Assembly: GCA_963761935.1 (NCBI GenBank)
Contig: CAVXJU010000096.1
Coordinates: forward strand, 104,165-168,164
Reading direction: 5' to 3'
Source: Terriglobia bacterium
Lineage (GTDB): Bacteria; Acidobacteriota; Terriglobia; Bryobacterales; Bryobacteraceae
Length of the DNA stretch: 64,000 bases
The translations under genes were made by a program, and so were the position numbers. Below, one piece after another: positions 40,901-49,523 of the stretch; the first letter of the stretch is position 1, and each line of letters opens with the position of its first letter. The notes below the pieces were generated by a model, which made no database searches, was not told the DNA's origin, and saw only the letters and a list, made by a program, of their open reading frames with translations.

Positions 40901-40970
40901 GGTGAGTCCCGAGAATCCTGACAATTCCGTGATGATCAGCCAGCCCGGGATCGTGCTGAACGTGAAATAG
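37902..40970 (+). CDS. large secreted protein: BNR/Asp-box propeller + SBBP beta-propeller repeats + TIGR03437 C-terminal domain
   Basis: Five SxDxGxTW boxes (SPDAGSTWT, SLDGGLTWT, SADGGATWT, STDGGLTFT, SLDGGVTWT). SBBP-like YSTYFGGSGND...VYVAG repeats. C-terminal AGLPGNVYQLGVYVP. Confidence 0.75.
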   Translation: MSIHKFLFFSGALLAFCSTARPADFAPSLQWVKTAGGSGLSTAIAAAADSSGNLYIAGNTSSIDFPAVSAAQPNPGGSPLVRINPATGAAQKLYPPGLSTIGSVAADPQNSNTLYATSANSIWRSPDAGSTWTLLYSFASSIRVVCVAVDPSNSNTLYAGTDSQGVFKSLDGGLTWTAINNGIPPDSSGATDVYNIWIEPQPPSVILGASANGIVRSADGGATWTVVLKTDVINNTLAFDPLNAGTVYVAEPTGPIVKSTDGGLTFTALPSMPGGETVTALIADPLHAGVLYASVASNIFQSLDGGVTWTAKAAGYAYLLAADPNQPVLYADILNVGIVKSTDGFNTVSTVGPPNASLIQMLVAGGDLLLVVGPSDDVFVLKLDPNGNILYSTYFGGSGNDMTGALAVSADGSVYVAGVTESPDLPVTAGAYESSPPSPFTTSDFMVKLNPDGSLGWATYFADSRTQVQAVALDSAGNPYVSGMSTGGLPTTPGAYQTQFQQSETCTGLIGCIPGPTSAFVTKFNAAGSGLIYSTYVSTDGNQNPVQDGTALAVDPSGDVYFGGQNIVIKLNPTGSELLASAGQPGTSISALALDAISNVYTTGIATYSYNGASPSFDFPSTPMAFEPSPQPAIPALPNEAPAGGGSDAFVVKWDSGLSQIVAATLLGGELADSGESIAIDGAGNVIVSGSTDSKAFPTHAPFQVAFSARAGFVAELDSSLSHLLFSTYLGDTRAFEARSVVPDGRGNVLVAGSTLETGDLFIGGDPGQSYNSGDLVVANKIALPQAPAARLDSVQNFAGRMAAPIAPGEPIVAVGSGFGADAQIFIDGVPLSTVSASANAVVAVMPDDTKTSGALAIEVGTGGAFSNVLLAPAAPASPGIYSLDGSGFGQGYILNSDGTLNSPTNPAAAGSAITIFAAGQGPYSLSGGYAVTAQMPSVFIDGFYASGIAAVAGPVAGLPGNVYQLGVYVPDPALLASQNPNLINFQFPPQVGVKLVMGGVSPENPDNSVMISQPGIVLNVK

Positions 40971-41051
40971 ATCGTAACGGAACCGATGCCGCGGCCCGCA
41001 AGTCTCTTATCATGTGAGATAGGTGGAGAACCAGCGGTGAATCGCGCGCTT

Positions 41052-41798
41052 ATGAAGACTCTCATCGTCGACGACGAACCCATCGCGCGGCGCGTGCTGC
41101 GCGAGGAGCTGGAGCTTCTACCCGATGTGGCCGTGGTGGGCGAAGCCGCGGATGGACACGAAGCGCTCCAGCAGATCGCCAGGCTGGAACCCGATCTGGT
41201 GTTCCTCGATCTGCAGATGCCGGTCATCGGCGGGTTCGAAGTGGTCCGCCGTCTGGAAGGCCGTTCGCTGCCCGTGGTGGTGGTCGTCACCGCCTTCGAC
41301 CAACACGCCATCCAGGCTTTCGAGGCCGGCGCCATCGACTATCTGCTAAAACCGATCCGGCGCGAGCGGCTGGAAAAAGCGGTGGAGCGCGCGCGCAAGC
41401 TGCGCAGCCATCCCAAAGCCGTGGCTGAGAACATCGCCCGGATTGCGTCCACGCCCGACGAGGCATCGCTCAGCCGGCGCATCGTGGGCAAGAGCGGCAG
41501 CGAATATTTTCTTCTGGACCCCAACGACGTCCTGGCGTTTCAGGCCGAAGGCGAGCTGGTCTGGATCGTCACCGCCAAACACCGCTTTCTGGCGGCTCAA
41601 TCGCTCCGCACGGTGGAAGCGCGGCTGGAGAAATCGCAATTCCAGCGCGTGCATCGAAACGCGATCGTCAACGTGAATCATGTGCGCAAGATGAGCCCCA
41701 TGACCAGCCAGCGCTGGCTGCTGACCCTGACCAACCAGCAGCAGCTCATCGTCAGCAAGCGGCAGGCCCACAATATTCGCAGCATTCTGCAGTGGTGA
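41052..41798 (+). CDS. LytR/AlgR family response regulator (REC + LytTR), copy 1
   Basis: MKTLIVDDEPIARRVL, DLVFLDLQMP, LytTR C-terminus FQRVHRNAIVNVNHV. Confidence 0.88.
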   Translation: MKTLIVDDEPIARRVLREELELLPDVAVVGEAADGHEALQQIARLEPDLVFLDLQMPVIGGFEVVRRLEGRSLPVVVVVTAFDQHAIQAFEAGAIDYLLKPIRRERLEKAVERARKLRSHPKAVAENIARIASTPDEASLSRRIVGKSGSEYFLLDPNDVLAFQAEGELVWIVTAKHRFLAAQSLRTVEARLEKSQFQRVHRNAIVNVNHVRKMSPMTSQRWLLTLTNQQQLIVSKRQAHNIRSILQW

Positions 41799-41868
41799 GC
41801 CGACCGCCTCTTCCTACGGCGCGCGAAAGGATGTAGCATAATCTGGAAGACCCGACTAGGAGGCAAAT

Positions 41869-42336
41869 ATGGATCGTCGTTCAGCGCCCCGGCGCTGGTT
41901 GCAAATTGCGTGTGCGGTTTCGGTGTGCGCGTGGCTCGGCGCGGTGAAGGCGAGCGATTTGAATCCCGCGGCCATCAACATCAAGTTGCCGGACCAGATC
42001 AAATGGACGGGCAATCCCAAGGTCTCGGAGCAGGCTATTTTGTACGGCGATCCCAGCAAGCCGGGGCTGTACATCGTGCTGACTAAGTGGCACGCGCATC
42101 ACATGAGCCATCCGCATTTTCATCCCAATGATCGCTTCATCACCGTCCTGTCAGGCACCTGGTGGGTGGGAACCGGAACCAAGTACGATCCCGACAGCAC
42201 CGTGGCCGTCCCAGCAGGCAGCTTCGTGACCCATTTCGGCAAGCAGATCCACTACGACGGCGCCAAAGACGGCGACGCGGTGCTGGAGATTCTGGGAGAA
42301 GGTCCGGCTACGTCGACGCCCGCGGAAGTTAAGTAG
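41869..42336 (+). CDS. secreted His-rich cupin domain protein
   Basis: Signal peptide; WHAHHMSHPHFHPNDRF and PAGSFVTHFG cupin motifs. Confidence 0.6.
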   Translation: MDRRSAPRRWLQIACAVSVCAWLGAVKASDLNPAAINIKLPDQIKWTGNPKVSEQAILYGDPSKPGLYIVLTKWHAHHMSHPHFHPNDRFITVLSGTWWVGTGTKYDPDSTVAVPAGSFVTHFGKQIHYDGAKDGDAVLEILGEGPATSTPAEVK

Positions 42337-42483
42337 CGGCGATCCCGCTCGCCATCCTGAACGCCCCGGCTGCGGCTGTGCCTCGCTCGCCCGCGATGTT
42401 TCGCTGGTTTGGAGAAGTTTTCCGGCGTATGCTGGCGCATGCCAGACTGAAGATAGGTCTGCGGACAGCCGGGAGTGTGAGGC

Positions 42484-44409
42484 GTGCAGCCAGTTGAAGC
42501 CAGTACAACGGCGGAAACCAAGCAGCAAAGCACTGCGAATTCCGACCACTCAGAATCCAGACATTCGTTTGAATGGATCGACTATGCGCGCGTAGCGCTG
42601 GTGGCGGCCGCCGCGCTGATCGCCTGGACCGGCGTGGGGCCCAAGTTCCGGGGTTTCGATCTGGTCGCGCTGGCCGCGGCCCTGGTTGGTGGCTACCCGG
42701 TTTGGGAAGAGGCCATCTCCAATCTTTTAGCGCGCCGCATGACGATGGAGCTTTCCATGTCCATCGCCCTGGTGGCCGCGTTCGCGATCCGCGAAGCCTT
42801 CACCGGCTTGATTATTCTCCTGTTCGTGCTGGTGGCGGAGATGCTGGAGGAAATGACGGTGGACCGCGGCCGGCGCGCCATTCGCACCTTGCTCGAACTG
42901 CTTCCCAAGCGCGCTACGGTCCGGCAGGGCGGCGGGCTGGTGGAACTTCCCATCCAGCAAATCGAACCCGGAGATATCGTCGTGGTGAAGCCGGGCGAAG
43001 AAATCGCCGTGGATGGAAGCGTGACGCGCGGGCACTCCTTCGTCGACCAGGCCAGCATCACCGGCGAATCCACTCCAGCCGAAAAAAGCGCTGGCGGAAA
43101 CGTGTTCGCGGGCACCACCAATCTTTCCGGCTCGCTTGATATCAGCACCACCAAGATCGGCCGCGACACGGTATTCGGCAAGATCGTGGAAGCCGTGGAG
43201 CAGGCCGAGCAGTCCCGCGCTCCGGTGCAAAAAACCGCGGATCGGCTGGCCGGCTACCTGGTATATTTCGCGCTAGCCGCGGCCGTCGTGACGTTTCTGA
43301 TCACCCACAACATCCGTTCCACCATTTCGGTGATCATCGTGGCCGGCGCGTGCGGTATCGCGGCGGGAACACCGCTGGCGATTCTGGGCTCCATCGGACG
43401 GGCGGCGCGGCGCGGCTCCATCATCAAGGGCGGTTTGTATCTGGAGACGTTGAGCCATGTGGACACTGTGATCCTGGATAAGACCGGTACCCTGACATTC
43501 GGCGACCCGGAAGTGGAAGAAATTTGCCCGGCGCCCGGCGTTGGCGAGGAAGAAGTGATCGAGGCCGCGGCCATCGCCGAGCGGCCTTCCGAGCACCCCT
43601 TGGCGAAGGCTATTTTGAAAGAGGCCGCGCGCCGCTCGCTCCCCGTAGTTGAACCGGAGCATTTCGAGTATTCACCTGGCAAAGGAATTTTCAGCTCGTC
43701 GCCGCGCGGAATGATCGCGGTCGGCAGCCGCAGCTTGCTGCTCGAAAAAGGCGTGCCCAGGTCCCAATTGGCTCAACTGGGAGACAACGTTGGAACCATC
43801 CTGGTAGCGCGCAACGGGCGCTTGCTCGGCTCCATCCGGACCCAAGACCAGCTCCGGCCGGAAGCCGCCTCGGCGGTGCGCGAGCTACGGCAGATGAAAT
43901 TGCGAGTGGAGCTTCTGACCGGCGATTCCATCGGACCGGCCAATGCCGTCGCGGCGAAATTAGGCGTGGACAACGTGGTGGCCGAGCTGCTTCCGCATCA
44001 GAAGCTGGAGCGCATTGCGGTGCTGCGCGGAGCTGGGCGGGTGATCGCGATGGTGGGCGATGGCGTCAACGATGCGCCGGCCCTGGCCAAAGCCAACGTG
44101 GGTGTGGCCATGGGATCCGGAACCGACGTGGCGCGCCAGAGCGCGAACGTGCTGCTGCTCGGAAACAATCTAATGGATTTTGTGGAAACTTTGCGAATCG
44201 CCCGCCGATGCCGCCGCGTCATCATGACGAACTTCTACGGCACCCTGGCGGTGGACACAGTGGGCATGGGCCTGGCTGCGGTGGGGCTGCTGAACCCGCT
44301 GCTGGCCGCGTTTATCCATGTCGCTTCGGAGATGACGTTCATCCTGAATTCGGCCCGGCTCATTCCCTCTTTGTCGCGCCAGTCTGGCCGGAGTGCGAGG
44401 ACGGTATAA
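42484..44409 (+). CDS. P1B-like P-type ATPase without N-terminal metal-binding domain and with non-canonical TM motif
   Basis: TGES, DKTGTLT (from 43477), GDGVNDAPAL. GAC (43345-43353) lies where CPC/SPC is expected. HVASEM in the last TM region. Confidence 0.85.
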   Translation: MQPVEASTTAETKQQSTANSDHSESRHSFEWIDYARVALVAAAALIAWTGVGPKFRGFDLVALAAALVGGYPVWEEAISNLLARRMTMELSMSIALVAAFAIREAFTGLIILLFVLVAEMLEEMTVDRGRRAIRTLLELLPKRATVRQGGGLVELPIQQIEPGDIVVVKPGEEIAVDGSVTRGHSFVDQASITGESTPAEKSAGGNVFAGTTNLSGSLDISTTKIGRDTVFGKIVEAVEQAEQSRAPVQKTADRLAGYLVYFALAAAVVTFLITHNIRSTISVIIVAGACGIAAGTPLAILGSIGRAARRGSIIKGGLYLETLSHVDTVILDKTGTLTFGDPEVEEICPAPGVGEEEVIEAAAIAERPSEHPLAKAILKEAARRSLPVVEPEHFEYSPGKGIFSSSPRGMIAVGSRSLLLEKGVPRSQLAQLGDNVGTILVARNGRLLGSIRTQDQLRPEAASAVRELRQMKLRVELLTGDSIGPANAVAAKLGVDNVVAELLPHQKLERIAVLRGAGRVIAMVGDGVNDAPALAKANVGVAMGSGTDVARQSANVLLLGNNLMDFVETLRIARRCRRVIMTNFYGTLAVDTVGMGLAAVGLLNPLLAAFIHVASEMTFILNSARLIPSLSRQSGRSARTV

Positions 44410-44525
44410 GACCCTGGCCGCGCGGCCAGCCCGCTCGCGCCCATGAACGGTCCACTGGCCGACACCCGGAATCCGCTGGTGATTTTTCTCTCCCCAATTT
44501 TCTCTAACCGGGTAAACGATGAAGG

Positions 44526-45290
44526 ATGGCCCGGGTCCTCAAGACCTTAATCGCCGACGATGAGGAAATCGGCCGCAGGGTCCTGCGGGAAGAACTCGAG
44601 CTGTTGCCGGAGCTGACCATCGTCGGCGAGGCCGTCAACGGCGCGGAAGCGTTGCGGCAGATCCGTGAACTCGAGCCCGATCTGGTGTTCCTGGATGTCC
44701 AGATGCCGCTCATGGGCGGGTTGGAAGTGGTGCGGAACCTGAGCGGCTCGCATCTGCCGGTGGTCGTAATCGTGACCGCTTATCAGGAGCACGCCATCGA
44801 TGCATTCGAGTCGGGAGCTAGCGACTACCTGTTAAAGCCGGTAAGCGCCGAGCGGCTGAAAAAAGCCGTGGAGCGAGCCCGTAGTCTGGTGAACAAGCCT
44901 CTGGACGTGGCGGAAAATCTGGCCAAAATGGCCTCGACGCCGGAAAGCGGCAGAGCGCCCATGCCCCGCAAACTGGTAGGCCGCACGGGGCGCGATTACT
45001 TCCTCCTGGATATCGACGAAGTGCTGGCGGTGCAGGTGGAGCGCGAACTGGTGTGGCTGGTGACTCGCGAGCGCCGCTTCCTCGCCAGCCAACCCTTGCG
45101 GGCCCTGGAAGCCGGGTTGCGCAACTCCCCCTTCCAGCGCGTGCATCGAAACGCATTGGTCAACGTGAATCACGTGCGCAAGATCAGCCCCGTTACCAGC
45201 AGGCGCTGGGTTCTCACGCTCAGCAACGATGTGCAACTGGTGGTTAGTAAGCGCCAGGTACACAACATCCGGCGGCTCTTGGACCAGTAA
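44526..45290 (+). CDS. LytR/AlgR family response regulator (REC + LytTR), copy 2
   Basis: About 70% identical by eye to copy 1 over the REC domain; FQRVHRNALVNVNHV. Confidence 0.88.
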   Translation: MARVLKTLIADDEEIGRRVLREELELLPELTIVGEAVNGAEALRQIRELEPDLVFLDVQMPLMGGLEVVRNLSGSHLPVVVIVTAYQEHAIDAFESGASDYLLKPVSAERLKKAVERARSLVNKPLDVAENLAKMASTPESGRAPMPRKLVGRTGRDYFLLDIDEVLAVQVERELVWLVTRERRFLASQPLRALEAGLRNSPFQRVHRNALVNVNHVRKISPVTSRRWVLTLSNDVQLVVSKRQVHNIRRLLDQ

Positions 45291-45387
45291 GTCCGCCGAC
45301 TGCCCATTCTGTCCCACTTACGGCCTCGGCTTGGCCACCGGTTAAATTCTGTTAGGCCTGAGCACTAACCACACCCACAATCGGAGA

Positions 45388-48171
45388 ATGATGAAACTCG
45401 CTTCAGTCGAGCGCTTTTGTCTTGCCTTGTTGTTCGCATCGAGCATCTGTTACGCCCAGAGCGGCAGCATTCACGGCACGGTCCTCGATCCATCGGGCGC
45501 GGTGATTGCCGGAGCCACGGTCGAAATTCAGAACCCGGTCTCGCACTACAGCCAAACTACGAAAACCGATACGCAGGGGACCTTCAGCTTCGCCAACATT
45601 CCATTCAACCCTTACCATCTCACTGCTGCGGCCTCCGGCTTCCAGAGCATCGCGCAAGACGTGGACGTAAGATCCGCGATTCCGGCCGAGGTGAAACTCA
45701 ACCTGCCGGTCGGCGCGGCCTCGACCACAGTCACGGTGGAAGCCGCCCAGGACTTGGTCGAGAACGATCCGGTGACCCACACCGATATTGATCGCGGCCT
45801 GTTCGATAAGCTGCCGCTCGAAAGTCAATCGTCCTCGCTGAGCTCGCTGGTGACGCTGGCATCTCCCGGAGTCTCGGCCGACTCCAACGGCCTTGTTTCA
45901 TGGGCTCGGCGATCATGCGTCGAACTCATTTTCACTCGACGGCCAGCCGATTACCGACCAGCAGAGCAAGGTGTTCTCGAATCAGATTCCGATGGATGCC
46001 GTGCAGTCCATGGAAGTGATCGAAGGCGCGCCTCCGGCCGAATATGGCGACAAAACCAGCCTGGTGATCGTGGTGACTACGCGCTCGGGACTTAGGACAG
46101 ACCACGCCGCACGGCGAGATCACTACCTCCTACGGCACCTTTGGAACGACCAACGGTGGAGCGAATCTCGGCTACGGAGGAGATAAGTGGGGCAATTTCA
46201 TTTCCGTGAACGGACTGAACACCGGCCGGTTTCTGGATGGACCCGAGTTCCAGGTCTATCACGATCACGGTAACGAGCAGAACGTTTTCGACCGCTTGGA
46301 CTTGAAGCCTTCCGATCACGAACACGCTCAGCTTGAATTTCCAGTTTACGCGGTCCTGGTTCCAGACACCGAACAATTACGATGCCCAGACAGCCGACGC
46401 CTGGTCGGGGCCGGTGTGCATGAATTATCTGCGCTATTCGAACGCATGCAACGGCTTGGGCCCAACGGCCAGGTAGTCGGGCCTACGGATCAACGATCCA
46501 AGATCAGAACATTAATTTCGCGCCGAGCTGGACGCGCCTGATCAATCCGAACACCGTGTTCACCTTCGGCGGTTTCGCGCGGCAGGATCAATACAACTAT
46601 TACCCGAGCGCCGATCCATTCGCCGACCTCATACCCGACCTTCAGGGTCAGACCATCGGCCAGAATCGCAGGCTCACGGACCTCGGCGCCCGCAGCCAGC
46701 GTGTCGTACTTGAAGGGCATCCACAACATAAAGGTCGGCGTCACCTACTCAGACACAATTCTGACGGAGAAGGACACGTTCGGGATCGTCGATCCGACGG
46801 CCAACCCGGTTTGCCTCAATGCGGACGGAAGCCCGGACTTGGACCCGACGCTGACGAATCCGGCGAACTGCACCGGGAGCGCTGCAGGCGAATCCGAACT
46901 TCGATCCTCTACTGGCGTGCTACGACTTGAGCAGAACAGGGCCGCTGCCGGCCTCCGACGGCTGCCCGAGTTCCACCAGCGGCGCAATACACATACAACG
47001 GCCACGCCAACATCCGAGAGCTGGCGCTCTACTTTCAGGACACCATCACGGTAAGAAACTGGACGTTTAACCTTGGATTCCGCTTCGATTACTACGACGG
47101 AATAGTCAAGGCCAAACAGGCGGAACCTCGTCTCGGCATCGCCTACAATATCAAGCCGACCAACACGGTTCTGCGTGTTTCCTACGCCCGCACTCTCGAA
47201 ACGCCGTTCAACGAAAACCTGGTTCTTTCGAGCCTGGGATGCAACGACGCGGTGATCAACGCCATCATGGCGGCGACCATCAGCGCCGTGCGTTGGCAAC
47301 GTCCCCGCTGAGCCCCGGTTGGCGAAATGAGTTCCACGCGGGACTCTCAGCAAGCGTTTGGAAGATATTTTGTGCTGGATGGCGAATACATCTGGAAGTA
47401 CACGCACAAGGCCTACGACTTCAGCGTGCTGGGCAACTCGCCGATCACGTTCCCGATCGAATGGGCCAGTTCCAAGATCCCCGGCTTCGCGATCCGCGGC
47501 AGCATGCCGAACTTCCACGGCTTCTCCGCTTTCGTCGTCATGTCGCACGTGGCGGCGCGGTTCTTTGAACCCCAGGTCAGCGGAATAGGCTCGGCTGCCG
47601 GTGGGCAATGAGGTGTTCCGCATCGACCACGACGAGGTTTTCAATGCGACCACTCACCTTCAATATCAGATTGGCAAGAGTGGAGCCGTGGATCGGGTTC
47701 AACTGGCGCTATGACAGCGGCCTGGTGGCCGGCCCGGCACCGTGCGCCGGAGGCAACTGCGGCAACGGACCGAACGGGACCGATTCCATCGTGGACGTGT
47801 CCGGTATAACGCCGGACCAACAGTTCGAAGCCGGTCTCTTCTGCGGGCCGGTACACGCTACACCGACCACTCCAATCAGCCCCGATGAGCTTTGTCCCGG
47901 CAATATCTACGGCTCCAATCTGGTGCAAATCCCCGCCCCCGGTACCGAAGACGACGACCATAACCCGCCGCGTATCGCCTCGCGCAATCTTTTCGACCTG
48001 GCCGTCGGTGACGATAATATTTTCCACGGCGACCGGTACAAGTGGAGCGCTCGAGTTTCCGTAGTCAATATGGCGAATCAGTACGCGCTGTACAATTTCC
48101 TGTCGACCTTCAGCGGAACGCACTACGTGACGCCGCGCACCGTCACGGGATCGATCGGTTTCCATTTCTGA
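45388..48171 (+). pseudogene. TonB-dependent receptor (CarboxypepD_reg + plug + barrel) broken by at least 10 frame changes
   Basis: Fragments in all three frames can be tiled against the intact paralog at 54200..56767. From SGSIHGTVLDPSGAVIAGATV, through DGQPITDQQSKVF and EYGDKTSLV, to YALYNFLSTFSGTHYVTPRTVTGSIGFHF. Confidence 0.8.
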
Positions 48172-48326
48172 GTATCTTGCGGGTAACGCCCGCGCGGGTT
48201 CCCGCACCCCTCAGTGCGCAATGTCGCCCAGCGCTGCAGGGCATACATGCTACTGACGTGTAACGTCTCCGTTCATGGAGACAATGTACCCGTATAGCGA
48301 ATGGTCTCGGGAATGCCAAGTCACAT

Positions 48327-49355
48327 CTACTTGGCGTAGACTACGTAAGGCACGAAGCCTTTCACTTTGGTCCTTAGCTTATACATCGAAGCCCGGCCGC
48401 AAAAGTAGAGTGTTGAAAAGTCCGCGTCTCCCCACGCAAAGTTGGCCGCAGGTTCGACCAGCACGACAGTTCCTAGGTGGTTGCCGTCGGAGTCGAACAC
48501 CCAAATTCCGCCGGGGCCGGTGACCCAGACGTTTCCCCTGACGTCCACCTTCATGCCATCGGGAACGCCGCGTTTGCTGGCGTCTTCTTTGGCAAAGAGC
48601 CGTCCGTTTTTCAATTCGCCGGCGATAAAATCGTACACGCGAATCTCGCGGGCGCGGCTGTCGTTCACATACAGGCGCTTGCCATCTGGCGAAAACGCCA
48701 GGCCGTTGGGCTGGTTCATATCGGTGGCCAGCAGTTGCAGCGCGCCTGTATCCTCCATGCGGAAGATTGCCTGGTAAGGGAGCTCCTGTTTTTCGCCCTT
48801 CACCAGATCGTAAGTGGGATCGGTAAAATACAGCGCGCCATCGGGACCCAATACGACGTCGTCAGGGCTGTTCAACTTCTTGCCCTCGAATTTGTCGGCC
48901 AGCACCTCATACTTGCCGTCTGGCGCCAGCACGATCATGGCGCGCAAGACGCTGGCGGTCTCAATCAGACGATGGTGCTGGTCGAAAGTGGCGCCGTCCG
49001 GGTCGCCAATGTTCAATACCGTTTCCACCCGGCCATCCGGGTAAACCCGCACCACTCTGTTCTGGTCTTCCTCGCTGACATACAGGAACCCTCCCTTTTC
49101 ATCCCAAACCGGGCCTTCAGTGAAACTGAAGCCGGTGGCGATTTTATCCAAGGAAGCGTCTTTGTCGAGCAAGTCCCAGAACTTCGGCGATTCTGCCTGC
49201 AATTCAAACTGCTGCGGAGGGACCGGCCTATGCTGGAGTGCTGGCGGCGTAGACGTCCATGGGACTAAGGACGGAGTTTGGGTCGATGCGCTGCGAACCG
49301 CGGCTAGGAAGAGTAACGCACAGGCGGCGCTGCGGGTAAGGCTGCAAATTCGCAT
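48327..49355 (-). CDS. secreted SMP-30/gluconolactonase/LRE family protein
   Basis: Likely start MRICSLTRSAACALLFLAAV; FTEGPVWD, PDDVVLGPDGALYFTD, PNGLAFSPDGKRLYV. Confidence 0.8.
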   Translation of the reverse strand: MRICSLTRSAACALLFLAAVRSASTQTPSLVPWTSTPPALQHRPVPPQQFELQAESPKFWDLLDKDASLDKIATGFSFTEGPVWDEKGGFLYVSEEDQNRVVRVYPDGRVETVLNIGDPDGATFDQHHRLIETASVLRAMIVLAPDGKYEVLADKFEGKKLNSPDDVVLGPDGALYFTDPTYDLVKGEKQELPYQAIFRMEDTGALQLLATDMNQPNGLAFSPDGKRLYVNDSRAREIRVYDFIAGELKNGRLFAKEDASKRGVPDGMKVDVRGNVWVTGPGGIWVFDSDGNHLGTVVLVEPAANFAWGDADFSTLYFCGRASMYKLRTKVKGFVPYVVYAK

Positions 49356-49523
49356 TTCAATCTGCTGGCTTTGAGCTTTTATTTTAGAACCGAGAGAGCA
49401 TCTGCCGCAATAGAAAGATTCGCCGCCTCGCCTCCACCCGAGGCACCGTGCCCGCGAAAGCTCATTAGTGTGTAACAAATTCTCTGCTAAACTAAACCAC
49501 GGTGTTTCCCGATACCCATCCCG

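Noticed and set aside
44413-44428. 16-nt palindrome CTGGCCGCGCGGCCAG after the P-type ATPase as an intrinsic terminator
   Set aside because: There is no T-tract on either side. It may still form a hairpin, but the evidence for termination is weak.
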